From positions 332 through 64,331 of the forward strand of contig DASXQC010000192.1 in assembly GCA_036493235.1 (NCBI GenBank): a stretch of 64,000 nucleotides of DNA, in the 5' to 3' direction. This stretch comes from Reyranella sp. (GTDB lineage Bacteria > Pseudomonadota > Alphaproteobacteria > Reyranellales > Reyranellaceae). This document shows, piece after piece, positions 1-8,959 of this stretch. The position numbers and the translations under genes were made by a program. Position 1 is the stretch's first letter, and each line of letters opens with the position of its first letter. A model generated the notes under the pieces. It was not told the origin of the DNA. It saw only the letters and a list, made by a program, of their open reading frames with translations, and ran no database searches.

Positions 1-66
1 AACGATGGAGTGCCAGTATCTTGGGCTGAGGGCGCGGTATTGGAGGGCGCCAGCGCAAGACCCAGA

Positions 67-1491
67 CTAGGGCCTTGCTCGGCGCGCTCGCAGGCCGGCG
101 AGGAAGTCGGAAAAGGCCTTCGCCTCCGGCACGAGATACTCCGGCTCGGCCCGCCGCGCTCTCGGTGCTCCGACCTCGAACGGATTGCCGAAGTACGAGT
201 TCGCATGCAGGTTGGCCAGGAACTCGATCGCGGCCGGGCGCGGCTCGCCATCGAGGGCCGGACGCGGTGCCTCCAGCATCTCGCGCAGGCGCCATTCCAG
301 CGGATGGCTGCGTGCGTGCGGCTTGTTGGTAAGCAGTGAGGAGAAGAAGATCGGCGACAGGCCGACACTCGACACGCCGAGCAGTGCCGCCTCGTAGGCC
401 ACCGTGCCGCTCACGGTCAGCACCAGGTCGGCGCCCTTCATCAGGCTGAAAATGTCCCGAAATGGATCGATCAAGCGCACATTGGGCAGCGCCTTGACCT
501 GCCGCAGCCAGCCGAGCGACCGGTCGCCGATCGCACCTTTGTGCTCCTTCACCCAGAGTCGGTGGGTCACCGGCAACAGCCGGCTGACCGTGTCGATCAG
601 GGCCAGCTGATTGCTGTTCAGCGAGCCGTAGACGTCGATCGAGGACTCTGGCTGGTGATGCAGCGGATAGAGCACATAGCGCTCATTCGGCGGCGACGTC
701 TCGAACGGGCTGAAATACCTGCTCATGATGGCGTTGACGAAACGCGTCGTGCGGTCGGCGATGCGGGCGCTCAACGGCCAGAGCGTGGCGTCGCCGCGAT
801 CCAGATGCTGCCGCGCCAGGCCAATGAACAATTCGTTCAGCCAGCGCAGGTGGAACGGCGTATAGCCGCTCTTGAACGCCTGCATGTAGGGCGGCTGGAC
901 CGGTCGGTGGAGCCACTCGTGGAGGAAATTCCGCGCCCACTCCACGTCCTTCCGGCCCGGCGCAACAACCTCGAACAGCGTCGTCATGACGGCATCGGCA
1001 AAGTAGAAGCGGTCGCCGGGCACGCGCGTCGAGGACGGCGTGAGCATCGGAATCCCGATATGGCCGCACACCAGCCAGGTGAGCAGCTCGAAACCCCAGG
1101 TACCCTCGCCGAACGCCACCTCGACCTTGCGCTGGCGCAGGAACGGCTCGACGTGACGCCGCGCCACAGCGAGGTAGGCGTAGCTGAACTGCGCCGGCGA
1201 GCGCCGCAGGTTGCGGCACATATGGATGACGTTGCCGATGGTCGCGGGCGCCTCGCGCTCGATGTCGGCCAGCTCGGCCGCAGCCTTCTCGATCGGCAGA
1301 TCCTGCCATTCAGCCTCGTGCTCGGCGAGGCACAGGATGTCGGCGCTCGGCCAGCCTTCATCGCGCAGCCAGTTGGCCCAGCGGCGGCTCGGTGCGAGCC
1401 AGACGATCTCTTCGCCTTCGCGCTGCAGCCGCCGTGCGATGTCGGAGTAGACGACCGTGAGATCCTTGTTGGAGATGAAGCAGATCGACAT
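67..1491 (-). CDS. KpsS-like capsule polysaccharide biosynthesis protein (candidate ulosonic-acid/pseudaminyl transferase)
   Basis: 474 aa; C-terminal YVLYPLHHQPESSID, VKEH and TVSGTVAYEAALLG motifs typical of the KpsS/Capsule_synth family; directly downstream of the flippase. Confidence 0.7.
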   Translation of the reverse strand: MSICFISNKDLTVVYSDIARRLQREGEEIVWLAPSRRWANWLRDEGWPSADILCLAEHEAEWQDLPIEKAAAELADIEREAPATIGNVIHMCRNLRRSPAQFSYAYLAVARRHVEPFLRQRKVEVAFGEGTWGFELLTWLVCGHIGIPMLTPSSTRVPGDRFYFADAVMTTLFEVVAPGRKDVEWARNFLHEWLHRPVQPPYMQAFKSGYTPFHLRWLNELFIGLARQHLDRGDATLWPLSARIADRTTRFVNAIMSRYFSPFETSPPNERYVLYPLHHQPESSIDVYGSLNSNQLALIDTVSRLLPVTHRLWVKEHKGAIGDRSLGWLRQVKALPNVRLIDPFRDIFSLMKGADLVLTVSGTVAYEAALLGVSSVGLSPIFFSSLLTNKPHARSHPLEWRLREMLEAPRPALDGEPRPAAIEFLANLHANSYFGNPFEVGAPRARRAEPEYLVPEAKAFSDFLAGLRARRARP

Positions 1492-1514
1492 TTACGTTCT
1501 GTTTTCTGACGGTC

Positions 1515-2798
1515 TCATGAAATGGCGGGCAGAAGCTCGATCAACCACGGGCTCGCAACCAGAGGCAGCACGAAATACGCTGACCGGAAGCTCACGCCCT
1601 TGCGGGCGAGTAATCGCATCTGAACCAGAAGCATCGCCAGCATCGCGATGGAATACAGCCAAATGACCGCCGGCAGGGTGGCCGGAATCCACCGGAACAG
1701 CCCCAGGCCCACGATCGCGCCGATCCCGACGATCGACAGGCACGCGATCGTCGCCTGTCGCGACAGCAGGTCACGCACCACGAACATCTCGAGGTTCGAG
1801 TTCAGTATCCAAAGCGTCGTCTGGATCGTGACGAGGGGGAAGATCCGGACGAATGCCGCCGCCGGAATTTCCGTCCAGGCCACGAGGAGATGGCCGGTGA
1901 AATGGCTGACCAGGGTCACCACGAACCCGAGGCCCGACAGCACAGCGACCCAGCGCGTGAAGATCCAGCCGATCCTCTCCAGGTTCATCCGATAGACAGA
2001 GCGAAACAATCCGACGCTAAGAATCTGACTGGCGAAGACCAGCACCAGAGCGATGCGCGCGCATAGGGAGAAGCACGCCACGTCGGTCAGGCCGAGCTCT
2101 TTCGCGATCGCCAGCCGCGCCGTGCCGAACAGCAGGATCTGCGACAGCCCGAAGAGCATCATGGGCGCCCCCAGCCGCACCACCGGATGGACGATCTCCT
2201 TGAACTGCGGCCACGGCATGCCCGACACGCGACGCAGGGCCAAGGCTGCCAGGGCCACGGCGACGGCCACCACCCACCAGGTGAGCAGCCCCACAGTCGC
2301 CATGCCCAGCAGCGTCAGCACGCCGACCAGGGCCACCACCACCATGATGCTCGAATTGTCGAGCCAGCCGGACAGGTGAATGTACCCCTTCATCCGGGCG
2401 TAGGCCGAGCCGGAGAACTGGAGGCCGAACAGCGCGATCAGGGCGATGCCGAGGGCGTATTCGACCGGCCAATGAAACATCAGGGCGACTGGCGCGGCCA
2501 CCACGGCAACGCCCGCCAGCCACAGGCAGAGGCCGAACAGCATCAGCTCGGCGCGGGGGTCCTTGTCCACCAGTTCGGTTCTCAGGGCTACCGAGGACGT
2601 GCCGAGGCCGAGCACCGTCGCGCCCATCAAGCCCAGAGTCAGCGCCAGCTCGATGCCACCGTAGGTTTGGGCATCGACCAGCCGCGGCAGGGCAATCGCC
2701 GCACAGAATGCGACCCCTTTGCCCAGCCCGAAAGACAGGGCGAAGGTGAAAGCGGTCCGCAGGAATTTCGCCGATGGAATGTTGACCAGTTTGCCCAC
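1515..2798 (-). CDS. wzx: Wzx-type polysaccharide flippase
   Basis: 427 aa, about 12 hydrophobic segments; N-terminal LPRLVDAQTYG and central RLGAPMML segments typical of MOP/Wzx flippases; glycan-locus context. Confidence 0.75.
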   Translation of the reverse strand: MGKLVNIPSAKFLRTAFTFALSFGLGKGVAFCAAIALPRLVDAQTYGGIELALTLGLMGATVLGLGTSSVALRTELVDKDPRAELMLFGLCLWLAGVAVVAAPVALMFHWPVEYALGIALIALFGLQFSGSAYARMKGYIHLSGWLDNSSIMVVVALVGVLTLLGMATVGLLTWWVVAVAVALAALALRRVSGMPWPQFKEIVHPVVRLGAPMMLFGLSQILLFGTARLAIAKELGLTDVACFSLCARIALVLVFASQILSVGLFRSVYRMNLERIGWIFTRWVAVLSGLGFVVTLVSHFTGHLLVAWTEIPAAAFVRIFPLVTIQTTLWILNSNLEMFVVRDLLSRQATIACLSIVGIGAIVGLGLFRWIPATLPAVIWLYSIAMLAMLLVQMRLLARKGVSFRSAYFVLPLVASPWLIELLPAIS

Positions 2799-2896
2799 CC
2801 CTTTGCCGGACGCACGTCTTCGCTCCCCTCGCGCCGCCGAAACTGCTAGTGTTTTGCCGCGACATCAACCCGCCTCGAACACCATGCGATAACGCT

Positions 2897-3661
2897 GTGA
2901 AGGACATTCTGACGCTTATTGCCGCCCTGGTTCTTCCGCGTTCCTTCAAGCCGGCCGTGCTTCGGGCACTTGGCCACAAGGTTCATAACAGCGCGGTCAT
3001 CAGGGCCTGCGTCATCTGGCGAACCCGGTTGTACCTGGGGCCACGGGCCTATATCGGGCCGGGCAACTTCATCGGCTGCCGCGCCGTGCTGATGCGCGAG
3101 GCCACGGAACTCGGCTGGGGCAACGTCCTGCGCGGCCCGTTCAAGCTGCGCTCGGGCTACCGCGCCCGCATCGGCAATCGCAACCAGATCAGCTGCGCGG
3201 CGCGGGCCGCCCCCGGCAAGCCGCAATCGATCCTGTGGCTGGCCGAGGACGCGCGGATCACCGGCCAGCACGCGATCGACATGACCCGCAGCTTCAAGAT
3301 GGGCAAGCACACCCATCTGGCCGGCCGCCAGTCGCAGGTCTGGACCCATGGCTACGTCCATGCCCGAACCGGCTACGAACGCGCCCGGGTCGATGGCGCG
3401 GTGTTCCTGGGTGACAACGTCTATATCGGCGCCTTCTCATGCATCAGCCCCGGCAGCCGGGTCGAGAACGGCATCACCGTCGGCAGCCATTCGAGCATCG
3501 CCCAGCACCTCACGGAGCCAGGGGTCTATGTGAGCCAGCACCTGCGCTACCTCGACATGGATCCCTATGAAGCGCGCCTCAACATGGAACGCGATCCGGA
3601 CGACCAACTCGACCCCGATGTCCGGCTGAAGCGCACCGGCGAAGGCATCGGAAGTCGGTAA
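2897..3661 (+). CDS. Left-handed beta-helix (hexapeptide repeat) acyltransferase
   Basis: Hexapeptide repeats (AYIGPGNFIG, ARIGNRNQI, VFLGDNVYIGAFSCISPG, ITVGSHSSI) and SQVWTHG motif; GTG at 2897 preferred over the ORF-track start at 2849. Confidence 0.75.
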   Translation: MKDILTLIAALVLPRSFKPAVLRALGHKVHNSAVIRACVIWRTRLYLGPRAYIGPGNFIGCRAVLMREATELGWGNVLRGPFKLRSGYRARIGNRNQISCAARAAPGKPQSILWLAEDARITGQHAIDMTRSFKMGKHTHLAGRQSQVWTHGYVHARTGYERARVDGAVFLGDNVYIGAFSCISPGSRVENGITVGSHSSIAQHLTEPGVYVSQHLRYLDMDPYEARLNMERDPDDQLDPDVRLKRTGEGIGSR

Positions 3662-3664
3662 TCC

Positions 3665-4615
3665 GTGAACGGACATATCCTCGTCGTGACGCCGGTTTTC
3701 AACGACTGGCCGTCTTTCGCGCACCTCAAGGCCGATCTGTCCGAAGTTGGCCGGCAGCACAACCTGCGCTTCACCATCTTCGCCGTCGACGACGGCTCGT
3801 CGGAACCACTGGGGCCGATCAGCTCGGACGAGTTCGCCAATGTCCAGATCGTCCGCCTGGTGCGAAATCTCGGCCATCAGCGCGCCATCGCGGTCGGAAT
3901 GGTCGAGGCCTTCCGCCAGTTCGAGGGCAAGCCCTACGATGCGCTGGTGGTGATGGACAGCGATGGCGAGGATCCGCCGTCGGACATCCCCTCGCTCCTG
4001 AAGGCGCTGCAGCAGGCGCCCGAGGGCATCGCCGTCGCGACACGGGGCAGGCGCCATGCCACGATGATCTTCCGCGCCGGTTACTGGATCTACAAGCAGC
4101 TCTATCGCGCGCTCTGCTCCCAGACGGTCGACTACGGCAACTTCTGCGCCATCAGCCCGGCGGCACTGCAGCAGCTGGTCCATGCGCCGGAGATCTGGAA
4201 CCACCTCGCCGCAACGGTGTCGCGCCAGCGCTGCCCGATCGTGCGCATGCCACACGACCGTGCTCCGCGCTATGCCGGCACGCCGAAGATGACCCTGCAG
4301 CCGCTGGTGCTGCTCGGCATGAGCGCGCTATCGGTCTACATCGACGTCATCCTCATCCGGATGATCTTCGCCACGCTGATCTTCGCGATCGCGACGGGAA
4401 GCGTGATCGTCGCGTTGGTGGCGCTCTATCTTTTCACCGACTGGCCGATTCGCGGCTGGACTTCGATCCTGGCCGGCGTGCTGCTCGCCATCCTGCTACA
4501 GGTCCTGTTCGCAGCGATCGGCGCGAGCTTCCTGCTGCTCAACAATCGCAGCTCGATCGCGCGGGTCCCGCTGATCGAACTGCCGATCTTCGTCCGCGAG
4601 CGGCGCGAGCTCTAG
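3665..4615 (+). CDS. GT2 polyprenyl-phosphate glycosyltransferase (GtrB/ArnC/DPM-synthase-like)
   Basis: VVTPVFND, VDDGS, RNLGHQRAI and MDSDGED motifs plus two C-terminal TM helices with a GWTS loop. Confidence 0.85.
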   Translation: MNGHILVVTPVFNDWPSFAHLKADLSEVGRQHNLRFTIFAVDDGSSEPLGPISSDEFANVQIVRLVRNLGHQRAIAVGMVEAFRQFEGKPYDALVVMDSDGEDPPSDIPSLLKALQQAPEGIAVATRGRRHATMIFRAGYWIYKQLYRALCSQTVDYGNFCAISPAALQQLVHAPEIWNHLAATVSRQRCPIVRMPHDRAPRYAGTPKMTLQPLVLLGMSALSVYIDVILIRMIFATLIFAIATGSVIVALVALYLFTDWPIRGWTSILAGVLLAILLQVLFAAIGASFLLLNNRSSIARVPLIELPIFVRERREL

Positions 4616-5338
4616 GTGGCCAGCGAACGCCAGTACGAGGGCGGAGAGCTCGAACTGTTCGAGGGCGCCGTCAACTGGAAGGCTTATTGGACGGCCAAGC
4701 TCTCGCCTTTCATCACCGGCAACGTGCTCGAGGTCGGCGCCGGACGTGGAGCAAACCTCGCGGCATTCGGCCAAGCCCCGGGCCGGCAATGGACCCTGCT
4801 CGAACCCGATCCCGAACTGTGCGAGGCCATTCGCAACAAGATCACGTCTGCACAACTGCCGGCCGGCACCAGCGTGATGTGCGGCATGCTGGGCGACCTG
4901 CCGGCCGACGCGACCTTCGATTCGATCCTCTACATCGACGTGCTGGAACACATCGAGGATGACCGGACAGAAGTGGCGGCGGCTGCGGAGCATCTGGCGC
5001 CGGGCGGCCATCTCGTCGTGCTCTGCCCTGCCCATCAGGCAGTCTATTCGCCGTTCGACGCCGCGATCGGCCACTACCGGCGCTACGACCGGCCGGGCCT
5101 CCTCGCGCTCACGCCATCGTCGCTCGTGCCGCTGACGGCGTTCTATCTTGATTCGCTGGGACTCGTGCTGTCGGCGGCGAACCGCTACGTGGCGAAGAAG
5201 AGCGCCCCAACGCCGGCGACGATCAAGATATGGGACTCGAGCGTCGTCCCCCTGTCCCGGGTCTTCGATCCGCTGACCGGCTATCGCCTCGGCCGCTCGG
5301 TCATCGCGATCTGGAAGAAGGCCGCAGCGTCCGGCTGA
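4616..5338 (+). CDS. Class I SAM-dependent methyltransferase
   Basis: VLEVGAGRG, FDSILYIDVLEHIEDD, LAPGG and GHYRRY motifs; starts immediately after the GT2 stop. Confidence 0.85.
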   Translation: MASERQYEGGELELFEGAVNWKAYWTAKLSPFITGNVLEVGAGRGANLAAFGQAPGRQWTLLEPDPELCEAIRNKITSAQLPAGTSVMCGMLGDLPADATFDSILYIDVLEHIEDDRTEVAAAAEHLAPGGHLVVLCPAHQAVYSPFDAAIGHYRRYDRPGLLALTPSSLVPLTAFYLDSLGLVLSAANRYVAKKSAPTPATIKIWDSSVVPLSRVFDPLTGYRLGRSVIAIWKKAAASG

Positions 5339-6110
5339 GAATGAAGTCGAACGGCTCGGCACCGAAGGCCGACAGCCAACGTGCGATCGTGACCCTGCGG
5401 TTGAGCTCCACCCGTGGCCGGTTTCCTGCGAAGCCAGCGAGAATGGCCGGCGCGATCGCCTGGGGCGACGGCGGCGCCTTGGCCGCGCTTAACATCGGCG
5501 CGTCCCCGACCGATGGCGGGTTGGCGTTCATCGCAGTATCGACCGGGCCGGGCGACACAACCCGCACGCGGACGGCAGAGCCGGCAAGCTCCAGGCGCAG
5601 GGCCTCGGCGAGCCGCTCGATGCCGGCCTTGCTGGCGGCATAGGCCCACTGGAACGGTACCGCGCGATAAGCCGTGCCGGAGGCGATGAAGCCGATCGTG
5701 CCGCCGCCTGCTTGCATGCGCGGAACGAGCGCCCGGGCGAGCGCGAAACCCGCCATCAGGTTCACGTCCATCAGCTCCTGTGCCTTCTCGACCGGATAGT
5801 CCGAGACCCGCGCGATCAACACCGATCCTGCGGCATGGATGGCTAGGTTGATCGGTGCGCCCAGGCGCTGCTCGGCCTCGCCGACCATCCCCTCGATAGC
5901 GGACAGGTTGCGAAGGTCGAATGGCAGCGCCTCGGCGCGCACCGCGCCGGCGGCGAGGCACATCTTGCCCGTCTCCTCGAGAGCGTCGCCGCGGCGGCCG
6001 ACCAGCGCCAGGCGGGCCTTCCGCTTCGCCAGCTCGACGGCGAGCGCGCGACCGATGCCGCTGGAGGCGCCGGTCACCAGCGCACAGGCTTCGGCGAATG
6101 GTTGGGTCAT
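5301..6110 (-). CDS. SDR family NAD(P)-dependent oxidoreductase (positional partner of the DprE1-like oxidase)
   Basis: TGASSGIG and YAASK motifs; ATGA overlap with the upstream FAD oxidase. Confidence 0.85.
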   Translation of the reverse strand: MTQPFAEACALVTGASSGIGRALAVELAKRKARLALVGRRGDALEETGKMCLAAGAVRAEALPFDLRNLSAIEGMVGEAEQRLGAPINLAIHAAGSVLIARVSDYPVEKAQELMDVNLMAGFALARALVPRMQAGGGTIGFIASGTAYRAVPFQWAYAASKAGIERLAEALRLELAGSAVRVRVVSPGPVDTAMNANPPSVGDAPMLSAAKAPPSPQAIAPAILAGFAGNRPRVELNRRVTIARWLSAFGAEPFDFILSRTLRPSSRSR

Positions 6111-7504
6111 GCTCCCTCGAACAGTCTTCGGTATTGATCGCTTTGGAAGCGTCCCTGCGGATCGACGCGCCGCTTCAGCTCAGCGAACTTGCCGGCTGTC
6201 GGATACATGCGCTTGAAGTGGCCGGCCGACAGGAACTCGTCCTTGGACGGATTGACCCGGCCGCCGGCAGCCGCCACCAAATCGAAGACCTCGGACAGGG
6301 CGGAACGGAACGACGAGCGGTCGCTGGCCGGCTTCTGGAGCGCGACCGTCACGCTCAGCCCGTCGCCCGGAAACCCCAGCAGGCAGTCGTCGGCGACGTG
6401 GCCCTTCATGGTGAAGAAGATCGGGCGCAACCGCCGGGCATCGAGAAGATCGAGCATGGAGTCGCAGACCGCCAGCTCACGGCCCTGCGGCAGCAATGCC
6501 TGAATTTCGGTGAAGCCGTGTGGACGGTAAGCCTCGTCGATGCCGTTGATGCGGTTGTAGAGAAAGTAGAAATCGGGAAACGGCACCAGCCGTTTGGCCT
6601 TGCCAGCGGCAAGTGCGCGATAGATCACATTGGTCAGGCGCAGTGCCGGCGACTTCAGCATTGGCGCCGCCGCGCGCCAGACCCAGGTCGTCGGGACAAT
6701 CCCCAGAACACGGTCGTTGACCGTCAGCGCCTGCCCAACGCGTTCCGGCGGAACTGCCTTCGAATGCGATGCCCACTTCGCCAGCGAGATCACGCCCTGG
6801 CCACGGGCTCGGCCCGGCCCAAACGGGTCCATCCAGCCCAGCGCGAAATCGTTGGTGCGCCGCCGCTCGAACACCTCGAGGCTTTCGCGCAGGGAACCGG
6901 TGCGCACGATCTCGACCTCCAGCCAGGGCGACGGAATGCGCACCAGTTGCAGCTCGGCCGCCGCAACGATGCCCAGCAGGCCGAGCCCGCCGATCGTGCC
7001 ATGGAAGAGCTCGGTGTCGCTGTCCGGTGTGACCTTCGAGACCGCGCCATCCGCAGTCAGCAGATCGAAGCTCTGCACGCCCTTGCCGAACGACCAGCGA
7101 TGGGCGTCCTTGCCGTGGACGTTGTTTGCGATCGCGCCACCCACCGTCACCATGAAGGAACCGGGAACGCCGCCGACCGTCCAGCCTGCCGGCAGCGCCA
7201 GCCGCAGGATCTCCGCCAGCGTGGTCCCTGCCCGCACCGCAATGCGCCCCGTCTCGGGATCCCAGCGCTCGATGCCGGTGAGCCCACGGCAGTCGACGAC
7301 GATGCCTTCGCGGGTCTGGATCTGGTCGGCGTAGCTGCAGCCCGAGCCCATCGCGATCACGCTGCCTGCCTGAGACCACGCCGCGTCGACGGCCTGACGC
7401 AGGCCCTCAACGGTGGTGGGATGGGCGACGAGATGAGGCCTGTGCGTGCGGCCGGCCCAGCCACCGACCGGCTCCTCGACGAACAGCGCCTCGGTACTAG
7501 CCAC
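6107..7504 (-). CDS. FAD-binding oxidoreductase, DprE1 (decaprenylphosphoryl-ribose 2-oxidase)-like
   Basis: GSGCSYAD, VTVGGAIANNVHGKDAH, TIGGLGLLGIV and GGRVNPSKD...DPQGRFQSD segments resemble DprE1 family motifs. Confidence 0.75.
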   Translation of the reverse strand: MASTEALFVEEPVGGWAGRTHRPHLVAHPTTVEGLRQAVDAAWSQAGSVIAMGSGCSYADQIQTREGIVVDCRGLTGIERWDPETGRIAVRAGTTLAEILRLALPAGWTVGGVPGSFMVTVGGAIANNVHGKDAHRWSFGKGVQSFDLLTADGAVSKVTPDSDTELFHGTIGGLGLLGIVAAAELQLVRIPSPWLEVEIVRTGSLRESLEVFERRRTNDFALGWMDPFGPGRARGQGVISLAKWASHSKAVPPERVGQALTVNDRVLGIVPTTWVWRAAAPMLKSPALRLTNVIYRALAAGKAKRLVPFPDFYFLYNRINGIDEAYRPHGFTEIQALLPQGRELAVCDSMLDLLDARRLRPIFFTMKGHVADDCLLGFPGDGLSVTVALQKPASDRSSFRSALSEVFDLVAAAGGRVNPSKDEFLSAGHFKRMYPTAGKFAELKRRVDPQGRFQSDQYRRLFEGA

Positions 7505-7506
7505 GC

Positions 7507-8925
7507 TTATCCACCAGCGGTGACCGGCCGGACCATCCGGCCCACCCGCGCGCCCCAGGCCGAGCGCTGCAGCACCGAGGACCGCAGCAGCACCGAGGCG
7601 AGGTATGGCACCTGGAAATAGTACAACGGCACGATGTGGCGATAGGTCGAGAAGGCGATCACGAAAGGCAGCATATAGGCGCCGGTCACCAGCACCATCA
7701 TGATGGCGTCGAACGCCTCCTCATCGTTGATGAGCACCTTCCAGCCCCTCCTGCGCAGCGCCGTCCAGCAGATCCAGCACGCCACTGCCAGCGAGGACCA
7801 CAGCACGGCGCGATCGAAGATCAGCCCCGCGGTCAGGATCAGGTGCTTGGGCAAGAAAAAGCCGTCCTCACCGCTCTGCAGTCGGTACTCGGGGGTCAGC
7901 TTGAAGAACGCCGCGTAGGTCTTCAGCACCAGATACCAGGCCGCCGTGCCGGGGTTGTTACGGATGAAGGCAATCGAGCGGTCGGTGAACTGCTTGTTCA
8001 TCTCCCACTCGTCGTGGACCGGCGGATCGAGCTTGATCTGGCCACGCATCACCGGCAGGTCGAGGTGATAGCGCGGCGCCACCTCGCCGTAATACTTGGT
8101 ATATCCGTGATGGAGATTGTAGCCGTTCAGCGACGACAGGGTGTTGCCGAACGCGAAGTGGCCGCTCGCCTCATAGGTGAACGTTCCCCAGGCGAGCGAG
8201 ACGGCCGCGAGCGCCACCAGCGGCAACCAGCGCACGGCGCCGCGCACCTTGAGTGCCAGCAGCACCGCGATGACCGTCGCCGGCAACATGGCCGACGACT
8301 TGGTCATCGGCATGATCGCGACCAGGACGGCAAGCACGATCACTGCCGCGCTCGAGATCGCCGTCTCGCCCCTCTTCCGGCTGAACAGTAGTGCACCCGC
8401 CAGCGCCATCTGCGGAATGAAGTACGATTCTTCGGTAACGACGCCGAAAAAGATCTGAACATTCGGCGGGCTGAGCACGTAGATCACCATCAACCCGCCG
8501 CCGATCAGACTCCAGTCGCTGGTCTGCCGCAGTACCAGCCAGGCCGCAAGGCACAGCAATGCAGTGCCGATCATCATCTTGATCGCTTCGTAGAAGACGA
8601 GGTCGTTATGGATGATCGCGACCAGCGACATGAACAGCGGCACCACTGGCATGCGGTACGCCGACGCGCATATGCCCGTCGTTGCCGGCTGGGCCGATTT
8701 CTCGCTCGGATAGCAGGCCCGGTACTGGCCCTTCTCGACGATCGCCTCGACCAGCTCGCCCATCCAGTAGTCGGCCTTAAAGAGCGTGGCATCCTTCAGC
8801 GGAATTCCCCACCCGTCCGCCATGGCCTGGCGGTAACGCATGCCCTGGAAGATGCCCAGGGCGCCGGCCAGCACGATGAGCAGAACGAACAGGACGAACA
8901 GTCTGTTGCGCACCGCGAGCCGCAT
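7507..8925 (-). CDS. Polytopic membrane protein, probable GT-C fold (ArnT/PMT-like) glycosyltransferase
   Basis: 472 aa multi-TM; SAYRMPVVPLF first-loop motif, TEES, GYNLHHG periplasmic segment and C-terminal YRHIVP. Confidence 0.6.
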   Translation of the reverse strand: MRLAVRNRLFVLFVLLIVLAGALGIFQGMRYRQAMADGWGIPLKDATLFKADYWMGELVEAIVEKGQYRACYPSEKSAQPATTGICASAYRMPVVPLFMSLVAIIHNDLVFYEAIKMMIGTALLCLAAWLVLRQTSDWSLIGGGLMVIYVLSPPNVQIFFGVVTEESYFIPQMALAGALLFSRKRGETAISSAAVIVLAVLVAIMPMTKSSAMLPATVIAVLLALKVRGAVRWLPLVALAAVSLAWGTFTYEASGHFAFGNTLSSLNGYNLHHGYTKYYGEVAPRYHLDLPVMRGQIKLDPPVHDEWEMNKQFTDRSIAFIRNNPGTAAWYLVLKTYAAFFKLTPEYRLQSGEDGFFLPKHLILTAGLIFDRAVLWSSLAVACWICWTALRRRGWKVLINDEEAFDAIMMVLVTGAYMLPFVIAFSTYRHIVPLYYFQVPYLASVLLRSSVLQRSAWGARVGRMVRPVTAGG

Positions 8926-8959
8926 GAGTGGCCTTTCCTCCCTACATCAACCGAACGCA

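Noticed and set aside
5921-7621. 566-aa plus-strand ORF and many other long overlapping ORFs in the track (for example 50652-52751, 45561-47126, 43645-44988)
   Set aside because: Antisense shadows of well-supported genes in GC-rich DNA, with no recognisable motifs
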